This document shows, one piece after another, positions 14,163-31,141 of a stretch of DNA of 64,000 nt. The translations under genes were made by a program, and so were the position numbers. Origin of the DNA: the human T2T-CHM13v2.0 reference genome, Homo sapiens; the NCBI RefSeq assembly GCF_009914755.1, contig NC_060926.1. One strand, written 5' to 3'. The stretch's first letter is position 1; each line of letters starts with the position of its first letter. The notes beneath the pieces are model-generated. The model was not told the DNA's origin, searched no databases, and saw nothing but the letters and a program-made list of their open reading frames with translations.

Positions 14163-15263
14163 GAAGGCAATGTCTCAGTGTGTCTTTTTCTTTTTTCTTT
14201 TCTTCTTTTTTTTTTCTTTTTTATCCCCCAAGCTGCTGCTTTTAGGCTTATTTAATGGAAGCTGATTGCCCTATCCTAATGATTCTTTTTTTGCATAATC
14301 TACACTGCAATAACCTACAAGCATTTTTATTTTAGCATAATTTCAAATTTTGGTTTTTGCTCTGTTAGATTCTTTCTGTTCAGAGAACAAAGAGATTACC
14401 AAAAAAAAAAAAAAAAAAAAAAGAAGCAAAATCTTGGCCTAAGCTCAAGTCCTGGAGGTTTTTGAGCAGAAGCTCCTGACTTGTTCTAAGGACCGCATGT
14501 GACACTGTGCCTTGACTGGTGTTGGAGTTCATTGTGGAGGAGAGGAGGACGTGCACACATATCTCTGGCAAATTTGGTTTCTATCCAGTCAACAGTAAAA
14601 TTGAGAAATGAGCTTTTCACTAGCAAATGGTAATTATAATGAAAAACTCCCAACCTTACACAGTACACAGGAGAAAAACAGACCGCACTGTTATTTCCTG
14701 ATTTCCTGCAAATCACAGTTGGCAGCATTTGACGGCACAAGTCAAGGACCTTATAGGCAAGATTACCTAGAAAATCCTTTGCTTCAGAAGCCAAAAACCT
14801 TTAAGTCTTCAGTATTTAAATGCAGCTGTATTGCTGATTAGATGTCAGAACTAGAGCACACTGAAGTGCCCTATTTAGTGATTAACTCAATGGACCAATT
14901 TTGCTTTCAGATATTATACTTCCATGGAGGAAAAATTTGCATACAGATTTAGAAACAGGACTATCTTCTTTCTGGGTTATGCAGGGACTGGGGGATGCAA
15001 AATGTGTGAGTGCCACCATAATCCTCATTCCACAATTGTCTTGTCTCTAACTGAATCTCTTAGTGAATCATCTTTATCACCAAGAATATGACATAGCCAC
15101 AGGGATGTTGCTAGGAACAAATCATTTCTTGTTTTTCAGTGCTTTATCGATTAATGTATCTTCACTCTCTCTGCTATGTAGGAGCCAGCACTCAGAGAGA
15201 GAGCTTACAACTCTGTACCACATATTAAAATCTTTGGCTATATGTAAGGTTCCCTAGTGTAAA

Positions 15264-15557
15264 TTTTATTTATTTATTTGAGACAGGGTCTCACCCCATT
15301 GCCCAGGCTGGAGTTCAGCGGTCTGATCTCGGCTCACTACAGCCTTGACCTCCAGGGCTCAGGTCATTCTCCCACTTCAGCTTCCTGAGTGGTGGGGACT
15401 ACAGGCATGCACCACTATGCCCGGCTAATTTTTTGTATTTTTTTGTAAAGATGGGGTTTCCCCATGTGGCCCAGGCAGGTCTCCAGAGCTCAGATGATCC
15501 ACCTGCCTTGGCCTCCCGAAGTGCTAGGACTACAGGAGTGAGCCACCGAATGCTGCC
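15264..15557 (-). mobile_element. Alu (AluJ)
   Basis: J-type cagccttgacctccagggctcagg; TSD tagtgtaaatt/tagtgcaaatt. Confidence 0.95.
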
Positions 15558-15943
15558 TTAGTGCAAATTCATATGTGACTTTTTTTTCTGCTTGTGCTTA
15601 TAATGAATCTATCTAGTGCCTCATGTGTTTTGGATATAATCTGAGGACTCCCCAACATATAGAGAAATTCCTGCAATTCTCAGCTTAAATTCTTCCTCCT
15701 TCCCTGATCTCCAGGCATGGGTAGCTAGGGTCTCCGCTGCCATCCCACAGCACTGTGGGTGGCTGAGGGCCAGGGAATAGGTGTGAAGTGGTTTCACTAT
15801 AAAGCACAGCCTGCCTCAGCCTACAGGGGCAGCTGATAGTGCTACACAGAACATGTCTCTGTGACTTTGGAGACTTATCCTCAATTTGGAAATTGCACTT
15901 CTGACTAAGAAGACTGAGCAGAATATAGGAAGAACCCCCGCGC

Positions 15944-15950
15944 CAAAAAC

Positions 15951-15981
<31 letters not shown>

Positions 15982-16025
15982 AAACCCCAAAACCAAAAAA
16001 AAAAACAAAACAAAAAACAAAAAAC
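15944..16025. repeat. (CAAAA)n A-rich repeat
   Basis: Seen directly. Confidence 0.92.
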
Positions 16026-16359
16026 TCGAAGTGCTAAGCTCTAAACCCCTGGACATATAAAAATCCACAATAAGTGATAAGCACAGGGCATTTATGACGG
16101 GCATTAGAGGAAAGCGAATACAGTTGATGAAGACTGTAGATAAAATCTGAACTGTGAGCACCTGCAGACACAGAGAATATGCTGCAGTGACTAAAGAGGG
16201 GTCTGATACAAGGAAATGATCTCCAAGTGCCCACTGGTGAGGGACCAGAGCAGCAGCCTTGCTCCTAACGTGCAGGGTCCAGGGCAAGAGAACAACGGGC
16301 GGCCCACGTACCATATGACCACATGTTACAAAATCAGTATCAGGTCTACAACTTGGTAG

Positions 16360-16983
<624 letters not shown>

Positions 16984-17187
16984 TGAAAAGTGCAGTGCTG
17001 AGCATGACTGGGTCTTTTTCCCAAGTTCATTCGTGAGATCCATTACTCCTTTGCAGCAGTAAGTGCAGGGGGCAGGACCTGACCTGGGGGGTGGAAATTT
17101 TTTCCCCTCTCTGGAAATTCCAGCAGTGATCTTTAAGTCATATCTTACTAAAATACTTGGAAGAAACTTTGAAAGCAATAGTTACCT

Positions 17188-17485
17188 GGTCAGGCACAGT
17201 GGCTCACTCCTGTAATCCCAACACTTTGGGAGGCTGAGGCGGATGGATCACCTGAAGTCAGGAGTTTGAGACCAGCCTGGGCAACGTGGTGAAACCCCGT
17301 CTCTACTAAAAATACAGAAGTTAGCCAGGTGTGGTGGTGCGCACCTGTAATCCCAGCTGCTCATTAGGCTAACAGCAGGAGAATTGCTTGAACCTGGGAG
17401 GCGAAGGTTGCAGTGAGCTGAGATGTTGCCACTGCCCTCCAGCCTGGGCAACAGAGCGAGACTCCATCCCAAAAATAAAATAAAA
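17188..17485 (+). mobile_element. Alu (AluS)
   Basis: Full dimer; perfect 18-bp TSD tgaaagcaatagttacct. Confidence 0.97.
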
Positions 17486-17802
17486 TGAAAGCAATAGTTA
17501 CCTAATGTCTTTAAGAACCATATGTAGCTCAGTCTGCATATTTTTGTCCTGCAACTGCAAGCAAAATATTTAAAAAATAACAATCTCTTTCTAATGGTTT
17601 GTGCTCCATAATAATATGATTTCAGGTCCTTTTTCCAGCCATGACACTCTCCTTCTGCCTGCTTCCATCGAAGGCTTTATACTATTTTTACAGCAACTTG
17701 CAGTCTACCACTTGCTTCAGCTCTTCCATGGCATGTCATCAACTGATAGACTAATGAGAAATTACTGTAATTACAACTATAGACTCATTACATAGGTCTC
17801 TC

Positions 17803-18103
17803 TTTTTTTTTTTTTTGAGACAGGGTCTCACTCTGTTGCCCCATGTGGGGTGCAGTGGTGAGATCATGGCTCACTGCAGCCTCGACCTCCTGGGCTCAGG
17901 TGATCCTCCCACCTTAGTCTCCTGAGTAGCCAAGACTACAGGCACCTGCGACCACACTTGGCTATTTTTTTGTATTTTTTGCAGAGACAGGGTTTCATCA
18001 TGTGGCCCAGGTTGGTCTCAAACTCCTGGGCTCAAGCAGTCCACCCACCTCAGCCTCCCAAAGAGCTAGGTAGGATTACAGGTGTGAGCCACCACACCTG
18101 GCC
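17803..18103 (-). mobile_element. Alu (AluJ)
   Basis: gcagcctcgacctcctgggctcagg; TSD tacatag. Confidence 0.95.
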
Positions 18104-19446
18104 TACATAGATTTTAATCATTAAACTACATATAGCAAAGGGTACCGAAATAAGACATAAAATAGAAAACTTGCTTTTCTTCATTTTGAGTTGATTACTT
18201 ATTGCTTTTCATGAAACTCTAGAGGCCAGCAGTTTCCTCCTACTTCTCTTGAGATCAAATTATCTCTCTGATTAGGAAACTCAGTGTGATAGATAAAATA
18301 TCTTTTCATGACATTTATTTTTTTAGAAAGTACCTTGTAAATTAAAGGCCCCTCTTCCTAGGTGCTCACCCTTTGTGCTTTGCTAGCTTGATTGACATTT
18401 ACGCTTTTACAGCTATTCAGTATTTCTCGTTATTTTGCCCAGGACCTACAGTGTCCTGAGAAGAAACCAGTAATTTAGAAGGTAAGCATTCAAGATAAAG
18501 TATTATTGCCAAATTGTAAAAAGTTGGGATGCATTTCTACTTTTTTTTTTAACATCAAAAAAGGGCCTGAAAGAAGTAAATTTCCCTTCCAAAATTGACA
18601 CATAAATCTGTTTTTGCTTTTGCTCAAAATGATGAAATAATCTAGAGAAGGCAAAAATAAATAAGTTCTCACAGTGGCAATACTCGAGGTCATTGTAGAG
18701 ATCTGAAGTCATTGTTGCTTTAACCTTGGCTTGGGGCATTAGTGTGACTCTTAGTTAAGCCATAAGATTCCCAGCTCTTTTATTCCTCAGATATTTAGCA
18801 ATTTTACACCTCATGCAAATATGTACCCTGGAGGAAAGTTGCTCTCCAGTAAATGTTCCTTTACAGTATTGGATTTGGCTTTGGCTCCTGTGGAGCAGTT
18901 TTTACCAGCTTTACAAACAGATCACAACTCTTTAAGCTCATGCTGCAGGCTTTTTTTCGTATTTGTGATGCCTGCCTGCTTTGCCTAACCAAAACACGCC
19001 ACTCAGCCCCTCAGTCGCATCCACCCACCCGCCACGTTCTTGCCTTCACAGGGTCACCAGCAGCTGAAGAGTTTGGGTTCAGCTATTGGCATTGTGCAGT
19101 GAAAACTGACTTGAACTGAAGACTCAGCCTTGTTGGTTAGGCTTTAAGAGATATATGAAAGTCAGGAATTCTGCTTTATTTGCTTTACATTATGAGGGAT
19201 TTCTACTTAGAAGACCAAGATGAAAATAGGTCAGTTTGTGGAAGTAAGATTTTCTCATATGCTGGCTTCAGAAGAAACTAGGTTTTCATGAATGCTGAAG
19301 CTCGTCTTTTGCAGTGGGCGGTGTTGTTCTTTTCCGCTCCTCATTTCTTCTTTGTTCTTTTTGTTTATGCCTCTACCCCTCTTGTTTCCTGGATGGAACT
19401 TCCTCTCTCCAGGAGGAAAAATGAAGAGGCACTTATTACCTGAATT

Positions 19447-19632
19447 CTTACTAGCTGTGTGACTTTGGGCAAGATACTCAACCTGTCCAAGTGTCAGATT
19501 TCTTATGTGTAGAATAAATGTAATGATGTAGTTTATGAGGAGATGATGAGCATTAAGTATAATGCTTGTAAAGCACTTGGCATAGGGCCCAGCACTTGGT
19601 AAACAGCTAATAAATAGTAGCTTTTAGCATAA
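19447..19632 (+). mobile_element. MIR
   Basis: cttactagctgtgtgactttgggcaag...tgtaaagcacttggcatag. Confidence 0.85.
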
Positions 19633-20092
19633 TGAAAATGGTAGTATAAGCCAGTGAGATATTAGTTTACTCACTTGCTATTTAGCTGGTAGTTACCTGG
19701 TACAGGTGTCATGGAAATTCTTAGGAAATTGGCCATTCTGCCTGAGGGGGTTGGTCTCATTGGCTGAGGGAGGTAGTCATAGCTCAGGCCTGTGAGTCTT
19801 GTCTCCTAAAGGTAGTTTGTAGTTTTCTATTGGAGAATTGCCTTCAGCAGCTTCCTTAGCTGAAGCCCAGTCCTTTGGGCCTGCTGAGGAAGAAGACCTC
19901 AGCTGACTACCCCTCATGGTGCTATCTTCCCTCACTTTTCAATTTTACCTCTGAAGTAATGGTTCTTACTCTTTCTACAGCAAGGGAACATTCTCCATTG
20001 TTGCTTCATCTTCACTGAAGATTCAGCCAAGTGCTTTCTCTATCTTGTACAGTTTGCTAGATGACCATCCTTTCATTTTCTTTCCCCTATGC

Positions 20093-20270
20093 CAGTTCCC
20101 AAAATGTGGTCCCGAACAGCAGCATCTTTATCATTTGGAAATTTGTTAAATATGCACATGCTTGGGTCACATCCCACATGTAGTGAATCAGAAACTCTTA
20201 GGTGGGGCCCAGCTGAGTTTTAAAATCCCTCCTTGTGATTCCAATGCTCACTAATGTGTAAGAACTATTG
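20093..20270 (+). mobile_element. MER5A hAT element
   Basis: tgtggtcccgaacagcagcatc...tgaatcagaaactcttaggtggggcccag; TSD ccctatgc/ctctatgt. Confidence 0.85.
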
Positions 20271-20919
20271 CTCTATGTTTTTAGATTCAGACTTTTTTCC
20301 TGACATACTTCTCTAAGATTTGTCCTGTGAAGCTCATTGCAGTGACATATATAAAGTCAAGGACTATTATCTGTCAAAAGCATGCATTGTCCAGTCAGTC
20401 TTGTCTAGTGACTCACTAGGCTGAGGAGGATCCCATCTGGCAGGGGTTCCCATTGGGCCACTGTCCACCCAGGCTTGGACTCTACTTACTTCTGTCATCA
20501 CTGGCTTTTTGTCTTTCCTTAGCATCTTAGCCACCCACGTTCTTTGGGTCACTCAAATCCTCTCTCTCAGGAACTCAGTTATTTCAGAATGAACCCAGTG
20601 ATGCTTCAAATATGCCACAATGACCTTTCGGCCTTTCCTGATCAAATCTGTCCAGATCCTCTTTACACTGGAATTACTCCAATTTTCAAGGTGTGTCCCA
20701 ATCACTCCAATTATGGATGTCACTTGCAGCTTCAAGAGGGTCTCATTAGTGTTTTCCAGGGTCCTGAGTCCTTTGCCCCATGGGGGTTACTCTGGTCAGC
20801 TCCAGACACGTGGCTTCCTTTTCAGCTCTCTTCGGGCCCCAAGAAACCCTCTTTCCTAGTCTCATCTCTAAGATGGTGGGACCTGTGAAAATATTCCTCT
20901 GACCTCCTTATCTGTCTAG

Positions 20920-21244
<325 letters not shown>

Positions 21245-21354
21245 CTCATTTTTCTTTGAGTATGTGTCCAAGATCTCAACCTCTCCCAAAGAAAACAATG
21301 CTCTTCCCCCCAGTTTTCTTCTATTCTTGCCCTGATAGGAAGACTCACATGTGT

Positions 21355-21494
21355 TTTTTTTTTTTCCCAACATTTAATTTTAGAAAATTTCAAACCCACA
21401 GAAAAGTGGATAGACTAGCACAATGAAAGATTTTACACCTTCTTCTGCATTCACCAGTTGCCAACATTTTGCCACATGGGCTTTATCTTTTTCA

Positions 21495-21535
<41 letters not shown>

Positions 21536-21960
21536 TTTTTACTCTGAACTATTTGAAAGTAGACACCATGACACTACTGCTAAACATTTCAGCTTGTATT
21601 TCCTAAGAATAAGGACATTCTCTTATATAACCACAATATCACTATTATATGTAAAATATAGTTATATATCATAGATGTTATTTACTATATATAGTCCCTA
21701 GTCAAATCACTCCGAATACCCCAATACTTGTATGTTATCATGTCTTTTTAGTCACTTTTAATCCGGAATAGCTCCCCCCACCACCTTTTGAAAAATGTTT
21801 TAAATTTTGTCTTTTATACGGTGGCATTTTTGAAGAGTGCAGGCCAGTTGGTTATAGACTCTCCCAATTGGAATTTGCCTGATTATTTCCTCATGATTAG
21901 ATCCAGGTTAAACACTTTTTGCCAGAATACTCCAAAAATGATATTGTGTTCTTTTCATAC
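21355..21960 (-). mobile_element. L1MC-type LINE-1 3' end
   Basis: aatttcaaacccacagaaaag...caacattttgccacat...tttcctaagaataaggacattctctta. Confidence 0.8.
21497..21534. repeat. (CA)n microsatellite
   Basis: Seen directly. Confidence 0.97.
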
Positions 21961-22756
21961 CCACATTTTGTTGCAATCTGGTGAAATTCAGGTTACAGAA
22001 GCAAAGGAGGATATGTTAGAATCCCAGAATCATAGAGCAGGAAAGAGCCTCATAGTCTGACCAAACCATACCATGTTACAAATGAGCACACTGAAGCATG
22101 AAGAAATCAAAGAGTGGTCCCACAGTATAGCCAGTGGCAGTCAGCTGTTGCTGGTGCACCATCTACTAAACTCTCCTAAAATGTCAGCATTCACTTTCTT
22201 CAGCTTTTCAGGACCCTAGAGAGAGTATGAGATAAACATGGGATCCATGGGGTAGTTGACATATTTATACAGACGCCAGAGTGTGTTATTACGAAGCTTT
22301 TCCTTTCCCCTGCTTTGAAGTCTGGCAAATTCCCCTAGCGACCTCTCCGAGAGATACTCAAGAAGCAGCTAATGCCTGTTTTCAAAAGAAAAGACAAGTT
22401 TTATGTAGAGATTGGCCTTCCAGCCAGCTCCAGAAACACTTCTAGGTTAAGAGAAGCAGCAGCCCAGCACTTCTGAGCTATTTGTGTGATCTAAAAGGCA
22501 GGTGTCTTTCCATTGACCTGTTTTCAGTGCTATAATCCCATTACCTTGACATTATCCTCTGGAGTTTTGCTTTGTTTGGGAATTTTAAATTCCTTTATTT
22601 GTAACAGATCAAAAGCTATCTGGCACACACCCTGCATTTGGATGCAGGCTCTTTGATGGATCTTGCAGCCTTCCCTAATGCACACGTTCGCATATTTCCC
22701 AGATAACCACTCATGGTCTGCCCACTGCCCCCAATTTAAAATAGAAAACCTATTCA

Positions 22757-23229
<473 letters not shown>

Positions 23230-23437
23230 TCAGATTCCTGCAAAACCGTCCTAGCGCACTGGCATGCTACATCGTCTAGGTGGGGGGCTGCATCCATAAT
23301 CTCATCTTTACAACTGTTTTTACAGATCAGACAGTGGAACAGCTGAGACCGAGAACTGTGATGGGTGATTTGAAGAGCTTGGAGCAAGGGTTGGTAAACT
23401 ATGGTCCTCGGACCAAATCTGCCACCTCCTGATTTAC

Positions 23438-24377
<940 letters not shown>

Positions 24378-24574
24378 TGAAAAAGATGAAAAAAGAATAT
24401 TTCATAATGTGAAAATTATATGAAATTCAGATTTTATTGTACATAAATATTACTGGAACACACCCATGCTTATTCATTTACATATTGTCTGTGATTACTT
24501 TTGCATGACAGAGGCAGAGTTGAGTAGTTGCTACAGATATTACATGGCCCACAGAGCTGAAAATAGAGACCTTT

Positions 24575-25147
<573 letters not shown>

Positions 25148-25282
25148 TCAGCTGCAGGAGGAGTGTGTGCTCAATACCCCTACCACCTCACACAACCACT
25201 ATTCTACCCTTTGTGGTGTTACCAGTCTCTTATGCACGTTTTATACAGCTGTGCTCATCTGTCACCTGTTGTTATGAGTGGG

Positions 25283-25495
25283 AGGTAGTGAAGGGTTGGC
25301 ATTAGTGTCAGTGTTGGGATTAAACTGCCTGGAAAGTCACTTTACCTCTGTAAGCCTCAGCTTCCTCATCTGTAAAATAACGATACAATGAAAACCTGCC
25401 TCAGAGGGTTGCTGAGAGCCTTCAATGAAACGAAGCACTTAGTGCACTTGACACGGATCCTGATGGGTAGTAAGTGCTCAGTCAAGGTCAGCTAG
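25283..25495 (+). mobile_element. MIR
   Basis: agcctcagcttcctcatctgtaaaat...cctgcctcagagggttgctgagag. Confidence 0.85.
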
Positions 25496-25602
25496 CATAG
25501 CCCTCCTTCTCAGTAGCAACCCACTGCCTGGCTCTTCTCCTCCATGCAGGAATTCTCTAGGTATTTGGAAGTGGGTAGAAGGGAGAGAACCAGGAACGTT
25601 AA

Positions 25603-26007
<405 letters not shown>

Positions 26008-27562
26008 TCAGTAGATTTGACAGATTTGGTTACCTATGTTTTACTTTATTACCATGAGATTCCAGTCAGGTGAAATACATGAAAATAATTATAGTCATGC
26101 AAAAATTATGAAGAAAAAGAAAGAGAAAACCACACCATAGAAGCAGGAGTAAGAACAGTTGACGAAGATGTTGCATTCCCATTGCATTCCTGGCAACAGC
26201 TCAGAGTTTGAGGTGTAACAGATGCTCAGTAAATGTTTTCTGAATAACATTGAACAGTGTTTCAGGTAATGGAAAGAGTTTGGTACAGCAAGAACATGGG
26301 AGGGTGTGAGAAATGGTGGTAAAATATTAGGCTTGAGCCCCGCTATTGTGCCTTGTTGGGAAAGTCCTCCAATATTTATCCATCGGAACTGAGGAGGTTA
26401 AAAAAGCCAGGTCTCCAGGGGAACTTAGGAGTCAACAGGACCCAGAGCAGGTGGGGAGTTAAACCGGATAAGGTTGGAGACAAAAACAAAATTTCAATCT
26501 ATTGGGAACATTTAGGAAGAGTTCTTTCACCAGAGAGGGCAGGATTTAGTTTGTGGTGCTTTAGTGACAATAGGTAAGAAGGAAGGGAACACCCCGCCCA
26601 ACTTCTTTGATTATAACACTGAGACATACTAGTCAACTATGAACTTACATTTGATCAGCAAAATCCAAGAATCAGAAAAAGCTTTCATCAGAGTACCCTC
26701 TCCTGCATCACTGCTGGTTCTCTAACCCAGTCCCCAGTTTATAGTAAATTCTTGAGAGAGAAAGACGAGCTATAAAACTGCAAAGGAAAACCAAGGCCAG
26801 GCTACTTTAGATGTGAGCTGTTTGCTAGTATATTGTGTCCCCAGCCAGCATAGGTTATACTACCAAAATAAAATGAAAAGGAAACAAATATTGTGGCTGC
26901 CATCTGTGTAATACGGAATTAAATGTCTTTCTGGCTCTACAGAAGGCACCACAAGCTAGATGTCTTCATGCTCGAATATCCCAGAGGCATTTTTTTTTTA
27001 TTATTATTGGTTGGAACAGCAAGAAATAAAGACTAAGATACATTTAATATTTAACTCTAAATCTTTAGTCTCCCTCATTAGTCTGACTTGCCTGCAGCCA
27101 TATTGCTGTAAATTAAACAGCCTAAGCTGGTATGTTGCCAAAGCGTACATCCGGTGAAATGTTAACAGTTCTTGTTCTTATGCCTGATCAAGTTAAAAAC
27201 AAGAAAGTAATCTGTTTGCTATCCAGGGAGGTCATTAGAAAGGATGGTTGAAAAAAAACAAAAGCAAAAACAAAAAACTGTCAACGTATTTTGGAAGTTG
27301 GAAACTGAAAACCGGCTCTACAGCTCTAAGCTGGTCTTTGTAGAAAGCGGCTAATGGAGCTAAATATGGAAACTACTTCTTTTGATGGGGACCTCGTTAC
27401 AGAAGAGTTTCAGGAAAGCTGGTTTATAGTTCCCCTATCACAATGTTGCCAAATTATCAATGCCCGGAGGAATGAGAAAATGCCTTCTGACCAGTGGAAG
27501 CCGATAAAGTAATACTTTCATTTGGAATGCCACAGAAAAGATAGCAGAAGCTAGAGTTCTCA

Positions 27563-28010
<448 letters not shown>

Positions 28011-28267
28011 TCAATCTTATTGATCAAGAATGGACAGTTAGCTGTCATTCTCTTCCTTCCATACTAATGACAAAAAATAAGTCCTGATTCGACAAATTAT
28101 TTGATCAGCACAAACTGTTTATTAACAAAGAACAGAGGACCACACGTTGTCTTTCTCCTGCTTTCCTGTGTCTGTAATAGAGTGGCGCGAAGACAAACAC
28201 ATTCCTGGATCTGTCAGCTTCACCTGACTTGACTCTGGAATTCTCAGTAAGCCTATCTGCTTAAACC

Positions 28268-28748
28268 ACAGTCTCTCAGCCTCAGTTGCTTGTTTGAATC
28301 ACGGGGAGCTCTGGAAGCTCCTTGTACTCCAGCCATGCTCCACACCAGTTACAGCATTATCTTTGTTGGGGGCAGGTGTGACCCAGGTATCAGTATTTTT
28401 TAATGATGCCTAAATGATTCCAGTAAGCAGCCAAGTTTAAGAATTGCTGCATTCTCAATCTTGGTGACATATTAGATTCACTTGGGGACCCAGACCAAGC
28501 TAGTCAGAATCAGAATTTTTTTAGTCCCCCAGGTGACTCTCATATGCAACCGGGGCTGATAGTTTCTGCCTTTATATAGTGATTCTCAAAGTATGATCAC
28601 AGAGCTTGCATTAGGGGTACTCACTTTCCTTATTAAATATTTGGTTTCCAGCTCCACCCCAGACCTATTGAATCAGAAATAGGACTTCACTTCGTTTTGC
28701 GAGCTCTGCAGGTGATCCACATCCTCTTTAAAGCTTGAAATCCACCAC
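28268..28748. mobile_element. Three adjacent MER5-family fragments
   Basis: Three units, each ending in a (g/a)tga(t/c)tc...aag/ctga..MER5-like terminus; ccaccccagacctattgaatcagaa in the third. Confidence 0.65.
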
Positions 28749-29168
28749 CTGAAACTTCCTCTATCTCTGCTTGAAGATTCCTCAACTTCCACAAAGAAAG
28801 ATTTATTCTTTTTACCTGAGGAAGACGGAGTTTATATTTCTGTGAAAGTGCAAATACAATGGCATAACATGCAAAATACATTAGGTTTGAATATGATGAA
28901 CCTGATCAAGAAGAAAAAGGAATCAACCAAACAAAACCAACCAAAACAAACAAAAACAAGACATTGGGTAAAAAGAACAAGGTGCAGAACAGCTGGTATA
29001 GCATGTGCCTTTTTTAAACCATAAAAAGGAATAGTTGTATGAATATTCTGGGTAGCTGCTAGGAAGACCTTTTATAATATGTGTCATACACACATAATTC
29101 TTCTGTTCAAAAATAGAGTAATTAAAAATGCAAACATTACAGAGAGAAGTCATATTAAGCCTCATTAA

Positions 29169-29446
29169 TGTTAAAAGATAAACTGAGGCACATTAGAATA
29201 TTAAGGAGTTTATTTGAGCAAACGATTCATAAATCAGGTAGCATCAGACTTCAGGTGGCTCGAGGCTCCACCAAGAGGGCAAGAGAAGGCTTTAAAAGGG
29301 TTAATTGGTGGCTCCTGAGTTTTAAAGCTGAAGTTGCATTTTCCTAGAATATGACCATTGATACTTGGGTTTCGGTTTGCTTCTGTAGGAATCCAGGGCC
29401 CTGGAGCTGGCTCAGCCTAATGGCCTCTCCATTAATTATCTTAGTT
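29169..29446 (-). mobile_element. MER67-type ERV1 LTR, internally deleted
   Basis: tgttaaaagataaactgaggcacatt...gagtttatttgagca at one end; ctcagcctaatggcctc..attaattat at the other. Confidence 0.7.
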
Positions 29447-29467
29447 ACTTATACCTAGAGTGAATCA

Positions 29468-30076
<609 letters not shown>

Positions 30077-30145
30077 CTAATTGTGTGTGGGGGTTGGGTG
30101 TTTAGCACTCACAAGCTTCCGCGAAATGCTGCCTCAAATTATCTT

Positions 30146-30164
30146 GTAGCCACCAGGTGGCAGC
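30146..30164 (+). promoter_or_regulatory. Candidate CTCF binding site
   Basis: ccaccaggtggcag (30150-30163) fits CCASYAGRKGGCRS at all 14 positions. Confidence 0.7.
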
Positions 30165-30384
30165 AGCAATCCACTTTTTGGTCTAACCTGGCAGAGGCTG
30201 AACTAGGATGGTTCTCCTTTAATTAGCGTACTGGCCATAGAATCGTGGACGTTTAGACATGAAAGAACCTTTCTCAAAAGTTCTGACAACTACAGATGTT
30301 TAAACGGAGAAAAAAGAACAAACATATTAAGAACACTTCGTTGTTCACACAATAAATTTCATCTATTGAAGGGAAGAAAGGAAG

Positions 30385-30590
30385 TTGTAACATCTACAAC
30401 GTGCTGGGCACTTTGTATGTTATCTCATTTGATTATCAATACAACCTTGTGGGATGGATACCAATGCCTCTAATTTACCGTGGGGGAAACTCAAGTTGGG
30501 ATAGGTTCAGACTTGTCTGATGTCTCAGAGAAGTAGGTAACAGAGGCATTTAAAAGTATCAGACACTAGTCAAAAGTCTTGGAGTTGAAC
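30385..30590 (-). mobile_element. MIR
   Basis: gtgctgggcactttgtatgttatctcatttgat...caaccttgtgg. Confidence 0.7.
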
Positions 30591-30801
30591 CACAGCATGC
30601 TTTGGTGTGTGTGGGGTGGGATTGATCAGCCAAATGGCAGGATTTTGATGGTGAGGGAATATGGTTATTCTTTGAGGACCCTCTGTTTTATGGCCCAGTA
30701 CTTGTGCTAGTCACAAAAAAGTAAGAGGATCAAGGGTGCCTTCTAAATTTGAACCATCTTGAATAATCAGGAGGAGCTTCTTGAAATTAGAGGAGTCTTA
30801 A

Positions 30802-31141
<340 letters not shown>

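Noticed and set aside
16125-16150. TGATGA...CTGA, snoRNA C/D box-like
   Set aside because: Boxes only 26 nt apart with no terminal stem.
15685-16314. 209-aa - strand ORF, the longest in the window
   Set aside because: Spans a (CAAAA)n repeat and has no recognisable domain.
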